Source of the DNA: a virus | DNA: 64,000 bases | Direction: 5' to 3' (one strand) | Virus record (IMG/VR): IMGVR_UViG_3300025150_000006 | Span: 1 to 64,000 of that record | The notes under the pieces: model-generated | What the model was told of the DNA's origin: nothing | The model's database searches: none | Seen by the model: only the letters and a program-made list of their open reading frames with translations | Part shown: positions 33,493-42,940 of the stretch, one piece after another | How positions within the stretch are numbered: position 1 is the first letter of the stretch | How the letters are laid out: the number at the start of each line of letters is the position of its first letter | Position numbers and translations under genes: made by a program

Positions 33493-36400
33493 TCAGGGAC
33501 CTTCCTCTCCTCCAGACCCCGCAAGAACCGCTTTCTCCATCTCCGAAAACTCTTCCGGGGTCATCTGCTCGATTCTTTTCCGCTCAGCCGGATCCGTGAC
33601 TCCTTCGAGAAAGTCCCTCTTGCGTTCCGCGAACGGGCGCTCGGGCCGAAGGGTCTTGTCCTCCGCCAGCTTAGGATCCGCTCCGGCTGCAATGGCCGTC
33701 ATCACTGCAACGGGGACGTCCTGCGGGTTGGGCTTCTCGTCCATCTCGGACAGAGCATCCACGATGCCCTGAGCCTGAGCCTGCTGGATCTTCTGAGAGC
33801 CGTCCTTCATGCAAACGGCAGCCTCTTCTCCGCTATCCAGGCACTTCTTCAAGAACTCGTCACAGGCTGCATTCATGTCTTCCCGGCTGGCATCTTCCAG
33901 ATCCTTGGCCACCTGGTCGTAGACCTCGGAGCTGTTGCTTGGATCCTTCTTCTGACGAGCGATGCTGGCCGCTACCCCCTGCACGGTCGTCATCGAGTTG
34001 ACACTCATGTCGAGGAGGAGAGACCTCAGGTATTTCTTCACGTCGTCGGACAGTTCACTGTTGCCCAGTGCATCTGCAAGGGACTGCCAGGGGGCATCCT
34101 TGGACATCGTGACCAGGTCCTCATCACTGAGCTTCCCCATAGCATCCCGCACAACTTCCCGGCCTTCCGCCTGGTACATCTGCGTGGGATCCTCCAGAAA
34201 CAGCATCTTGGCACTGTTCTGCTTGACCATTTGCTTGAACAGCACCTTGAGCTTGCTGTTCAGGGGCTCTCTCAGCAACTTCCCATTGGCCCACTTCACG
34301 TCGAAAGGCTCATCGTTGAGCACAGACGCAGCGTGCAGACCGTCGATGATGGAGTTCAACTCCTTGGCCTCTGGAGAGTCCGGAGTCATACCCTTGAGCT
34401 GCTGTACGGCGTTCTCAGCGATCTTGAGCCGGTGCTCCGGGGTCACCCTCCGGTAGAGCTTCATCGCCTGCTCTGCCCGAGACGCCAGAGCGTCACTGTC
34501 CATCGGTTCCGACGACAGAGGCTTCCCGCCCAAGTGACTGGGGTCGAGCAACAGGTGCTCCTGAGCCTTGGCCTGCACAAAGGCCCGTGCCACAGCTTCA
34601 GGACTTGATGTGTCCAGGTGCAGGAAAGGGTCCTTTCCCAGCTCCTGCATCATCTGAACCGTGACATTCTCATCCGCAAGCTCCTTGCGCAGGCCACGCA
34701 TCTCCACCTGGTAGGCCGCATAGAACTCAGGTGACTCCATCATCACCATCACCTGAAGGGCCATGTCCTCTGACAGGATGCCGTCCTTCTCAAGGGACGC
34801 TGCCAACGTCTCTGTCTCATTCTTAAACCGAGCCTTGTCCACCTTGGCCTGCTCGGCCTTCTGCTTCTTCTTGGCCTCCTCCGCCGCTGGGTCCGCCTTG
34901 CCATCCGCATCGGCAGTTCCCTTGGCGTAAGCTGTGGCCTGCTCCTTGGCCTTGTCATCCTCACCGAAAGTGTGGGTGACACCCTTAGGGTTCATTGCCA
35001 CCCAGACACCGGACTCTGCCTGCCAGACATCCCCCGCCTTGTGCTTGCCCTCTTCGGCAATCAGCCTACGCACCCATCGGGAACCCACCCGAGCCTCTTG
35101 TCCCTTCCACCAAGTCCCACGGGACTTGTCCCAGCCTCCCCGTGCTGTCTCGAAACTGAACTCCCGAATCGGGTACGTCACAGACTGGGCTGCAAAGTCC
35201 ATGTCCAACGAGACACGAGCGGCATGAGCGTGGGTGGTTGTCACCCCTCCGGCTGATTGGAACCACAAGGTCCCCTTCTTCCCGGTCTGGGGGTCCTTCA
35301 CCCGCCAACCCAAACCAATGTCGAGAACACGGTACTGGTGGCCCACCAAAGTCACCACAGCGTCAGACTTCTGAGCCCGCTTCTTATAGTTCTGGCTCAG
35401 GTCCTTGTCACCGTCCGCTCCGAAGCTCTCGATGTCAGGGTCATCCTCCCGCATCCTGTGTCGGCGGAGGTCATTCCGGGGAGGCTTCTTGCTTGGGTTC
35501 TTGTGATGCAGTTCCCGGACGTCCTCATCCTCTTTCTCGGCGTGGGTCTTCGTGCCCTCGACGAACCATCGGGCGGCAAGACGACGAGAAGGCTGAGTCA
35601 ATCCCTTGCAGTCCGGGCAGAGATTAGTCGTCTCAACCCGTGGACCCAAGCACCGACACTGGCTGACCGCCCCGCACTTGGGACAGATGTTCCGGTAGTG
35701 CTGCGGCTGTGACCCCTGCTTGTTGAGCCTCTCCTTGACGGTCCCGTCCCGCAGGAAGTTGTCCTCGATGCCAGGCACGAGATACTGGCTGCGCAGAGTG
35801 CTGGCCTCGTGGCCCACCTCAGCGGCGGCCTCGTCCAACGCCTGCTTGAACTCGGCCTTGAGTTTCTTCTGCCGTTCCTTCTTGTCGGTAGGAAGGGTGC
35901 CACCCTTGGAGCGGATGGCCTTGAGCTTGGTCTGCATCTCCCGGTTGGCGTGGAGCCCCCGGATGTCCTTGGCCGTGATGTCAAAGGACTTGAGGTACTC
36001 GTTGATGCCAGAGGCATCCGTCCCCTCGAACACTGAATCCGACCCCGACTTGCCCTCCAGCGCCTTCTCCAACCCGGCCACGAGTGCAGGGTCACTGGTG
36101 CTCTTGGTCTGCTTCACCCCGGACTTGCCCACGTAGGAGATGGTAGCCGTCGAGCCCTTGACGGTGACGTGCTTGGCCTGCCAACCGGTGACGCCGTAGT
36201 GACCGTCCTTGGCTGACGCCTCATTGCCAACGCGCTCGAAGGTGTCGTTCATCAAGCCGACGATCAATGCCTTGTGCCGGGTGGCCTCGTCTCCTGACTT
36301 GAGGTCCTTCTTGACCTGAGCCTGGAGCTTATGGAGCTTGCCACGGAGCTTCTCGATACGGTCAGCCTTGTCCCGGTGCCGGTTGGCGATCTGCTGATCA

Positions 36401-39400
36401 CTGTACTCGTAGACCGTCGTGGTGCCCTTGCCGTCAGCCTTGGGCACCTCCTTCTTGGACTTGAACTTCCCGGCTGCCAGCCTCCCTGAACCGGAGAGCA
36501 CGGGGAAAACCCGGTAGATCTCCTTGATGGCCTTCTTCCACTTGCCTGGTGCCTGTTCCCGCCAGACCTTCATTGGGACAAACACGTCCCCGTGAATCAC
36601 TGAGAGTAGGTAGGCCTTCTGCCTGCTCTCAGCGTCCTCACCCCGAAGATGCTTCTGGGCAGCCTGAATCATGTCCGTCAACTGCGGGTAGAACTCAACG
36701 TCATCCAGGAGATAGTTCTCGGCAAAAGTCTTGCTCTCATCGTAGAGCATCCGCTCTTGGCTGTGCCCCGGCGTCTGGATCCGTTGGGGAGGCAACCCAC
36801 CAGGGCTCCCGAGACTGGCCATGAGAGTCTGAGCAACGTGCTCCATCTCGTGACGGACTGTGTCCTCCAGTGCCTTCAAGGACTGCTTGAACTTGACCTT
36901 GATGTTGAGCGTCTTCGTCTTGGGGTCCCAACTGCCCAGGGAAGAGCCCGTTGCCCATCCCAGCACCACACGAAGGATCTTCCACTCCACGGGCAGCTTC
37001 TTGGGAAGTGCCGAGGCTGGTGACCAACCACTCAGGTCCATTGGGAACTTACGGACCAGAGGCCGTTTGCCTGCCAAGGGGGGTACACCAGGACGGAGAT
37101 AAGGCTTCAGCTCAGCCTCATCCCGTTTCGGGTATCCCATCAGGTCGGCGGCGACTGCGGCCTGCACCCATTCCGTGACGTCCGCCACCATGGCCGGGGG
37201 TGCCGTCCACAGCCCGGCGGTTTTCTGGGACGCATACCGAAGTGCCCGCACCCCTCCGTCGGAGTTGTGCTGGACTTGAGGCTTGTCCTCCCCGGCCTTC
37301 CAAGAGTACCACTGACGTCCCACACGGAACACGTAGCCTAGCACCCCACCACCGTAGTGGTCACCAGGGTCATCCTGAATCCCCTCGAACTCGGTCTGGC
37401 CCCAGGCGAACACAGCATAGGCCTCATCAGCCTTGCTGAACCACTTCTTCATCTGAGACGTGAATCGAGCGGTCTTGAGAAGTGAGACTGGGACCACGGT
37501 CTCGGTCTCCCCAGAGGCTGCCACGGCATCTGCAAACTGCTGGGTGAACAGCAGAGGCAGGGAGTTGACAGGCACGTTCTTCTCAATGCCATCCCCACCT
37601 GTGTCGAGCACGATCTTGTGCGTCACGGCCTGGATGTACCGATGAGCAACTCGGGTTGCCGCCTCCTTGTCCTGCTTGGCCTGAGCCTCATCGTAGCGGA
37701 CCTTGAACACTTGGACCTCTTTCTTGGCCCCCTGACCGGCATCGCCCTTGGGCTTCTTCCTCACGACGATGGTGGGGTCACCTTTCTCCGTCTCCCCGAA
37801 GCCTTCGATGCGACCAGGTGAATTGCGATATTTCCCGAGAAGGACTGGATCCCCAATATTGAGTTCAAACGTCTTTCCCGTCCGGGAAAAGATGCCCGTA
37901 CTCACGGAGTAGTTCTCTGGCCCAACGGATTTGATCTGAGACCCGTTGTCCACTGGGGTGATTCCGTCGCCAAAGTTCGAGGTTGTCGATCCGGTTGTCG
38001 ATCTTGTCCCCATTGATATGGTGGACGGTCTCCGTGCGCAGGAGTCTCCTACCGAGGAATTGCTCCATGACATAGCGATGTTCGAGGATTCTCCTGCCCT
38101 CGACATTGATGCTGCGGTATCCGTCTCGGTTGAGCCATCCCTCACCCTTGAGGGCTCGCTCTGCGGCCTCCGGGTCACCCTTTCGCTTCCAGAGATAGTA
38201 ATGGCGCTCGCAGTATCCCTTTGCATAGTGGTATTCGCCACAACCCTCGACGCCACACGTTCGATCGCGTCTGCGAATCCCCTCCAAGGAGCCCGTCCGC
38301 CTGAGCATGTTGTAGTGGGTGCGGCAGTAACTCCGAACTGCGGGCTTCTTTCCGCAACCATCAAAGGTGCAAGTGAGAGATGGAGGCAAGTCGCCCACCG
38401 GCTCTGGACGTTTCCCTTTTCGGTGTTGTTGGTAGTGCATTGTGCAGAAGCCCCTGGCTTCATGAGCCCGGCAGCATCCTGCCACTGAGCACTGGCGGTC
38501 GTGATGTCGTTCTGATCTTGGTCGTCCCATGACACCAATGTATCAGCACCCTGAATCTGCAACCTGTTCTTGTACTTGCCCATCAGGACCGGGTCCCCGA
38601 CGTTCAACTCGAAAATCTTGGCCGTCCTGCCTCCCTTGAGGTCATCACGGACTCGCTGGGTCAGCCGGCGGCCATCCGAGGCCAGAGCGGGATCATCCAA
38701 CAGGTGACGCCGTGCATAGTCCTGCACCTGCCGCACCGCTGCACCCTTGAGGTTGAACTCTGCCATCAGGGTCTTGGTGTCGAGCACCTTGCCCGGCTGG
38801 TTGAGCACCCGCACATACTGGTCAGAAGCAGCGTGAGACAGCCCTACCGTCACCTCACGCACACGAGCCATCTGATGAGCGTCGAGGAACGTGAGTCGCT
38901 TCCCACTCGGGAGACCCAGATCCATCAGGTCGAAAATGAAATCGACCTTCGCCTCACGATCCACCCAGTTCCCCAGGGAGTCACGGAACACCTTGTCCTT
39001 CTGAGCGATCTCCTTGATCACGTCGAGGAGCCCGAGCTTCTGCATCTCCAACAGAGCCCTCTTGCCCGTGGGCTCCTTCAAGAACGTGTTGATGAGCATC
39101 CCACTCAGATGAGCGGCAGGGATGTTGTGGAGCTTCGCCTTGTTCTTCTCGATGCTCTGCTTGACCTCGGGGGACAGCTTGAATCCGTACTTGATCAGGA
39201 ACTTGATGGCCCTGATCATCCGGCTCGGGTCGTCTGAGAACGTCTTATCCGGGCTGGACGGGCACCGCATCATCCCTTCTTGGAGGTCCTTCAGACCACA
39301 CCCAGAAAGGTCAAGAATCTCAGCCTTTTCCGGGCCTTCAGCCAGATCGTGCAGACGCCAGAGAAGGCAGTTGAACGTAAATTCACGACGACACACATCC

Positions 39401-39828
39401 TGCTCAATGGTCGCGGGTGTGACCTTGTCCGGGGTGTATCCCCCCTGGCCGTAACTCTCCGTCCGAGCATTCGCAATCTCGATGTCTTCACCACGCAGGT
39501 TGGCTTCCCCAAGCATCCAGTCACCGACGATGTGCATCAGAGCCACACCGTACTGGTTGGTCGTGATGTTCGTCTTCGCGGGGATCGCTCGGGCCACTTC
39601 CTTAGCGAACCACTCGGAGTCCTTGCCAGTAGCCACAGAGTCGATGACGACGTCGATGTCCTTCACAGGATACTTTTGCCCTGTAGGGTCCAGCACAAAG
39701 TTCCTTACTGCCCCTCCGACGACATAGACGTGCTTGCTCACACCCAGTCGCTTCGACAGGTCCGAGAGGAACTTCATCAGGGCCAGGCTGGCCTGATCGT
39801 CCATTGCAATGCGGGTTTGTTGAGCCAC
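33493..39828 (-). CDS. Giant putative polyprotein: CCA-adding/poly(A)-polymerase-type nucleotidyltransferase, SH3-like domain, HExxH domain, type IB topoisomerase, Zn finger, helical C-terminal region
   Basis: VVGGAVRN..DIDVV, ARTESY, DVCRREFTFNCL, DPSRMIRA; HEMEH; ERVGN..GKSG..KDIR..GH..SQYL; likely GTG start at 39828 after GGAG. Confidence 0.85.
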   Translation of the reverse strand: MAQQTRIAMDDQASLALMKFLSDLSKRLGVSKHVYVVGGAVRNFVLDPTGQKYPVKDIDVVIDSVATGKDSEWFAKEVARAIPAKTNITTNQYGVALMHIVGDWMLGEANLRGEDIEIANARTESYGQGGYTPDKVTPATIEQDVCRREFTFNCLLWRLHDLAEGPEKAEILDLSGCGLKDLQEGMMRCPSSPDKTFSDDPSRMIRAIKFLIKYGFKLSPEVKQSIEKNKAKLHNIPAAHLSGMLINTFLKEPTGKRALLEMQKLGLLDVIKEIAQKDKVFRDSLGNWVDREAKVDFIFDLMDLGLPSGKRLTFLDAHQMARVREVTVGLSHAASDQYVRVLNQPGKVLDTKTLMAEFNLKGAAVRQVQDYARRHLLDDPALASDGRRLTQRVRDDLKGGRTAKIFELNVGDPVLMGKYKNRLQIQGADTLVSWDDQDQNDITTASAQWQDAAGLMKPGASAQCTTNNTEKGNVQSRWATCLHLSLAPLMVAERSPQFGVTAAPTTTCSGGRAPWRGFADAIERVASRVVANTTMQRDTASAITISGSERVTRRPQSEPSRVRDGSTETDTAASMSRAGESSNIAMSWSNSSVGDSCARRPSTISMGTRSTTGSTTSNFGDGITPVDNGSQIKSVGPENYSVSTGIFSRTGKTFELNIGDPVLLGKYRNSPGRIEGFGETEKGDPTIVVRKKPKGDAGQGAKKEVQVFKVRYDEAQAKQDKEAATRVAHRYIQAVTHKIVLDTGGDGIEKNVPVNSLPLLFTQQFADAVAASGETETVVPVSLLKTARFTSQMKKWFSKADEAYAVFAWGQTEFEGIQDDPGDHYGGGVLGYVFRVGRQWYSWKAGEDKPQVQHNSDGGVRALRYASQKTAGLWTAPPAMVADVTEWVQAAVAADLMGYPKRDEAELKPYLRPGVPPLAGKRPLVRKFPMDLSGWSPASALPKKLPVEWKILRVVLGWATGSSLGSWDPKTKTLNIKVKFKQSLKALEDTVRHEMEHVAQTLMASLGSPGGLPPQRIQTPGHSQERMLYDESKTFAENYLLDDVEFYPQLTDMIQAAQKHLRGEDAESRQKAYLLSVIHGDVFVPMKVWREQAPGKWKKAIKEIYRVFPVLSGSGRLAAGKFKSKKEVPKADGKGTTTVYEYSDQQIANRHRDKADRIEKLRGKLHKLQAQVKKDLKSGDEATRHKALIVGLMNDTFERVGNEASAKDGHYGVTGWQAKHVTVKGSTATISYVGKSGVKQTKSTSDPALVAGLEKALEGKSGSDSVFEGTDASGINEYLKSFDITAKDIRGLHANREMQTKLKAIRSKGGTLPTDKKERQKKLKAEFKQALDEAAAEVGHEASTLRSQYLVPGIEDNFLRDGTVKERLNKQGSQPQHYRNICPKCGAVSQCRCLGPRVETTNLCPDCKGLTQPSRRLAARWFVEGTKTHAEKEDEDVRELHHKNPSKKPPRNDLRRHRMREDDPDIESFGADGDKDLSQNYKKRAQKSDAVVTLVGHQYRVLDIGLGWRVKDPQTGKKGTLWFQSAGGVTTTHAHAARVSLDMDFAAQSVTYPIREFSFETARGGWDKSRGTWWKGQEARVGSRWVRRLIAEEGKHKAGDVWQAESGVWVAMNPKGVTHTFGEDDKAKEQATAYAKGTADADGKADPAAEEAKKKQKAEQAKVDKARFKNETETLAASLEKDGILSEDMALQVMVMMESPEFYAAYQVEMRGLRKELADENVTVQMMQELGKDPFLHLDTSSPEAVARAFVQAKAQEHLLLDPSHLGGKPLSSEPMDSDALASRAEQAMKLYRRVTPEHRLKIAENAVQQLKGMTPDSPEAKELNSIIDGLHAASVLNDEPFDVKWANGKLLREPLNSKLKVLFKQMVKQNSAKMLFLEDPTQMYQAEGREVVRDAMGKLSDEDLVTMSKDAPWQSLADALGNSELSDDVKKYLRSLLLDMSVNSMTTVQGVAASIARQKKDPSNSSEVYDQVAKDLEDASREDMNAACDEFLKKCLDSGEEAAVCMKDGSQKIQQAQAQGIVDALSEMDEKPNPQDVPVAVMTAIAAGADPKLAEDKTLRPERPFAERKRDFLEGVTDPAERKRIEQMTPEEFSEMEKAVLAGSGGEEGP
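35740..36471 (-). other. Type IB (poxvirus/bacterial-like) topoisomerase catalytic domain inside the polyprotein
   Basis: Catalytic R, K, R, H, Y present in the expected contexts. Confidence 0.8.
37822..37884 (-). repeat. Recoded copy 2 of a 21-codon duplication
   Basis: RTGKTFELNIGDPVLLGKYRN versus copy 1 RTAKIFELNVGDPVLMGKYKN. Confidence 0.85.
37865..38530 (-). CDS. HNH homing endonuclease nested out of frame in the polyprotein gene
   Basis: Three CxxxGC...CxxHY repeats plus EHRYVME..VHHINGDKIDNRIDNLELW; TG-A-TACATT 6 nt upstream of ATG. Confidence 0.9.
   Translation of the reverse strand: MGRPRSERHHDRQCSVAGCCRAHEARGFCTMHYQQHRKGKRPEPVGDLPPSLTCTFDGCGKKPAVRSYCRTHYNMLRRTGSLEGIRRRDRTCGVEGCGEYHYAKGYCERHYYLWKRKGDPEAAERALKGEGWLNRDGYRSINVEGRRILEHRYVMEQFLGRRLLRTETVHHINGDKIDNRIDNLELWRRNHPSGQRVSDQIRWARELLREYGHLFPDGKDV
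38566..38628 (-). repeat. Copy 1 of the 21-codon duplication
   Basis: See 37822-37884. Confidence 0.85.
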
Positions 39829-39840
39829 AGGCCACTCCAA

Positions 39841-39881
39841 TGAGGTCCCCTTCTGTTCAAGGGGACCTCATAGGCGAACAA
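39841..39881 (-). promoter_or_regulatory. Partial class II motif overlapping a 12-bp hairpin upstream of the polyprotein gene
   Basis: TTGTTCGCCTAT; TGAGGTCCCCTT/AAGGGGACCTCA. Confidence 0.5.
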
Positions 39882-40699
39882 CCGCCTAGAACCTGAAAAG
39901 CACCCTCATCCTCCGAAACATCTTGCAGGCGGGATTCCGCCACACCCGTCCAGTGAGGATCACGGTCCACACCCCGGAAAGACATCCCCTCAAGAATTGC
40001 AGCTTCACCTGTAGTGCCAGACCCACAAAAAGGGTCTACGACCACCCCTCCAGGAGGGCACACCACCCGAACCAGTTGCCGCATCCAACCCACCGTTTTC
40101 TCGGCGGGATGGTCGTGCTTGTGTTTTGAGACTGGGAACCCCTCAAACAGGTGAGACAACCGAGGTTCCCCCACCTGCATGTACCCCACCCCCCATTGTT
40201 CGTGGTTAGCCTTCGAGGATTGCTGTGTCCCCGGCTTACGAGCCAGCACCCACAGTTCTGTTTCCTGTACAAGCTGGGTAGACAATCCACCATCGACCAA
40301 AGGGGATTTGGGCCTACGGCGATGCAGACGACGGATCAGGATGTCAATGGTAGGGAGACCTGCACGTTCCAGGCCCTCCATCAGCCAATGGAGGCTGGAC
40401 TGGAAACCCCAAAACACCCCATAGCCACCCGGCTTCAACACCCGGCTACATTGTTCAAGTACAGGATAAACCTGTTTCTCAAAACCAGGACGCATCGCCA
40501 AATGAGTCCGATGATGGGTTTGAAAATTGGCTCGTGTCCGGTTAGTGGGGGAATCCCAACCGAGGTAACGTGAATCCCCGCCCCCGAAAGGAACCATCAT
40601 ATTCCGACCAGAGGGCGGATCGGTAACAATGGCATCAGCACTGTTGTCTGGCCACGAACCCATCACATCAGCCGCATCCCCCAGACTCACATCATACAT
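39857..40699 (-). CDS. DNA N6-A/N4-C methyltransferase (beta class)
   Basis: IVTDPPS, HPAEKT, DPFCGSGTT. Confidence 0.85.
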   Translation of the reverse strand: MYDVSLGDAADVMGSWPDNSADAIVTDPPSGRNMMVPFGGGDSRYLGWDSPTNRTRANFQTHHRTHLAMRPGFEKQVYPVLEQCSRVLKPGGYGVFWGFQSSLHWLMEGLERAGLPTIDILIRRLHRRRPKSPLVDGGLSTQLVQETELWVLARKPGTQQSSKANHEQWGVGYMQVGEPRLSHLFEGFPVSKHKHDHPAEKTVGWMRQLVRVVCPPGGVVVDPFCGSGTTGEAAILEGMSFRGVDRDPHWTGVAESRLQDVSEDEGAFQVLGGCSPMRSP

Positions 40700-42393
40700 C
40701 AGAACCGACCCTCGCCCTCAACCTTGGGCTTCGTGTACTTGAGGCCCAGGTACTCAGCAATCTTCGCCGTGAAGTCCGTGTTCTCCGCGAGACCATCACC
40801 AACCCTGGTGTAGAGGCCTCGAAGGATCTCGTTGAACGTCGCGTCCTGGAACGTACCGAAGTCTCGTGCCAGCTTCTCGCGAATCGTGATGGGGTCGAGG
40901 TTGAGATGTTCGAGGATGGTGTCGATGTCGAGGGACCCCTTCTGGTAGAGGTTCATCAGAGCATCGAAGGTCTCGGTGTTGTCACGGAAGGAGAGCCTGG
41001 TGAACGAGAGGTGCGGGACGATGACCTGAAGGACACCATCCTCATCCTCCTCAACGAACCCCATCCGCAGACACATCGGCCGGAAGAACTGGTCCTCGAC
41101 CAGTTCTTGCAGAGTCTCCCGCATCAGCATAAACCTGGTGTTGATGACCTCCAGGTTGATGCGGTCTCCCGAGTAGCTGGACTCACCCGACAACAGACTC
41201 TCGGTCACGCCCAGGCCGGCATACATATGCCGGTCGGTCATGTCGAAGACCCAACTCCAGTCAGGCAGCCGCTGGTCCGCACCCATCTCCTCCCAGGTGA
41301 CCTGGAAGTTGGTGATGATCGAGAAGTCCGGGTCTTGCAGAGCAAGGTCAACCTGCTCTCGCAAGTCCTCCGTCTGCTCAGCGTTCATGTCCTCGGCGTA
41401 GATCAACCGGTAGGGCGTCATGTGCCGGGAAGCGATCGAAGTCAGTGATTGTCGGACCTTGTCGCGGAACACCAGTGTTCGGAGGCACCGTTCGAGGATG
41501 CTCTTGCCCCGTGGCTCGTACTGGGACTTCTTCCGGGCCATGTTGTAGTAGAAGGAACCGGCCTCGGGGTCCGTGTTGAGAGGGACGTTCATCCCCTCTG
41601 AGATAGCGGCCACCACATCTTGTGGCATCGAGTTCACGATGCGGATGGCGTTGGGGTCACCGGACTGGGCTCGATTGAAGATAGCCTTCGTCTTCGAGTC
41701 CGGGATCAGCTCGACCAGCTTCTCCTCGGTGAAGGGGAAGCTCTCGATGTGAATCTGCTCCGGGGGCAGGGTCCGCACCGCAGACCAACCCTTGTAGTTC
41801 TTCTTGAGCCAAGCGACGGCCCGCTCCTTGGCGTCCTCCCGAACGACCTTCCTCTCAACGACCTCGCCCTCCTTGGTGATCTCCCGAACGACCTCGTACT
41901 CGACCGTGTCGGGCATGTCGTCGGAGGTGTCCTCACAGAAGATATGGGCCTCACCAAGCAGGTTCCACTCGTGACTGATCTCCATCAGCCGGTGAAGGAG
42001 ACCCACCCGCTTCGCCCAGTTCTCACAGAACCGGAGAGCCGCAGCCGCCAACTTCTCGTTCTTCGCTGCGGGTTTACGAAGCCGTACCTTGGACAAGGGA
42101 AGCTCGTCGAGCAGGTCGATGGCCTGCCCCACGAAGGGGTCGTGGTCGTAGAAGAAGCGGAAATAGTTGCGCTTCTCGTCATCGGACTGGGGCAGCTCCA
42201 GGAAGTCCGTGGACAGCTCGGGGGAGTAGAAGTTGCCTCCGGCACCCATGGAGGTGTTGCCACCTCCGCCTGCCAGGGAAGCCGCCCGCATCGAAGAAGT
42301 GAGGATCTTGGTGGGCTTTCCCACGGTCACACCCGCACGCTCCGCAATCTTGCGGACCACAATGGTGCTGTCAGGGTCATTCGTCCTAGCCAT
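40699..42393 (-). CDS. Portal protein
   Basis: 564 aa between TerL and head genes; FYDHDPFVGQAID and RGKSILERC portal-like motifs. Confidence 0.8.
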   Translation of the reverse strand: MARTNDPDSTIVVRKIAERAGVTVGKPTKILTSSMRAASLAGGGGNTSMGAGGNFYSPELSTDFLELPQSDDEKRNYFRFFYDHDPFVGQAIDLLDELPLSKVRLRKPAAKNEKLAAAALRFCENWAKRVGLLHRLMEISHEWNLLGEAHIFCEDTSDDMPDTVEYEVVREITKEGEVVERKVVREDAKERAVAWLKKNYKGWSAVRTLPPEQIHIESFPFTEEKLVELIPDSKTKAIFNRAQSGDPNAIRIVNSMPQDVVAAISEGMNVPLNTDPEAGSFYYNMARKKSQYEPRGKSILERCLRTLVFRDKVRQSLTSIASRHMTPYRLIYAEDMNAEQTEDLREQVDLALQDPDFSIITNFQVTWEEMGADQRLPDWSWVFDMTDRHMYAGLGVTESLLSGESSYSGDRINLEVINTRFMLMRETLQELVEDQFFRPMCLRMGFVEEDEDGVLQVIVPHLSFTRLSFRDNTETFDALMNLYQKGSLDIDTILEHLNLDPITIREKLARDFGTFQDATFNEILRGLYTRVGDGLAENTDFTAKIAEYLGLKYTKPKVEGEGRF

Positions 42394-42940
42394 TCACCAC
42401 CCCACCCACTAGACGCCTGAAGATGGCAAGGACGTAGCCGTCGTTGCCCTCCTCGCCTTGCTGGCGAGCAATCTCCAAGGCTCGTTGCCACAACACGCCC
42501 TGAGTCGGCAGAGCTTCAGAATCCAGCTCGGGCTCTTCCTCCACAGATTCTGGCTCTTCCTCGGGGACTACGTCCTTCCCCTCCAAGAATCCAAGCACCC
42601 GGCGAAGACGGTCCTGATACTCTTGCCCACGACGAGAGGGCCTGGAAACTCCAGCGGAACGTTCTCTCCCCTCTAGCCAAGAACACAGGGCTCGGGCCTC
42701 CTGCTTGATGTCCACCTCCTCCGAGGTGCCTTCCAGGTGCCCTATGGCCCCAATCAGGCGCTCCGCCTTGGCCAGCCGAGCCAACTTATCCCGATAGGGC
42801 GCATCCTCAGAAGCCTGGGACCGGGATGCCTGAGCACACACTGCCAACGCTGCACGGACGGCCTGGTGGGCACGAGCCAGGTGCGTGTGCAGCTCACGGT
42901 CAGCAGATGACCGGGAAAGTGTGGCGCGAAGACGACCCAT
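42386..42940 (-). CDS. Hypothetical protein
   Basis: ORF packed in the operon. Confidence 0.65.
   Translation of the reverse strand: MGRLRATLSRSSADRELHTHLARAHQAVRAALAVCAQASRSQASEDAPYRDKLARLAKAERLIGAIGHLEGTSEEVDIKQEARALCSWLEGRERSAGVSRPSRRGQEYQDRLRRVLGFLEGKDVVPEEEPESVEEEPELDSEALPTQGVLWQRALEIARQQGEEGNDGYVLAIFRRLVGGVVNG

Noticed and set aside
38235-38275. IERVASRVVA in the host frame of the HNH insert resembles the targeting motif
   Set aside because: Explained as the shifted reading of the HNH Zn repeat DRTCGVEGCG; probably coincidence
37885-38565. HNH insert as a group I intron or intein
   Set aside because: Almost no non-coding room for a ribozyme core, no intein termini, and the flanks are a duplicated coding segment
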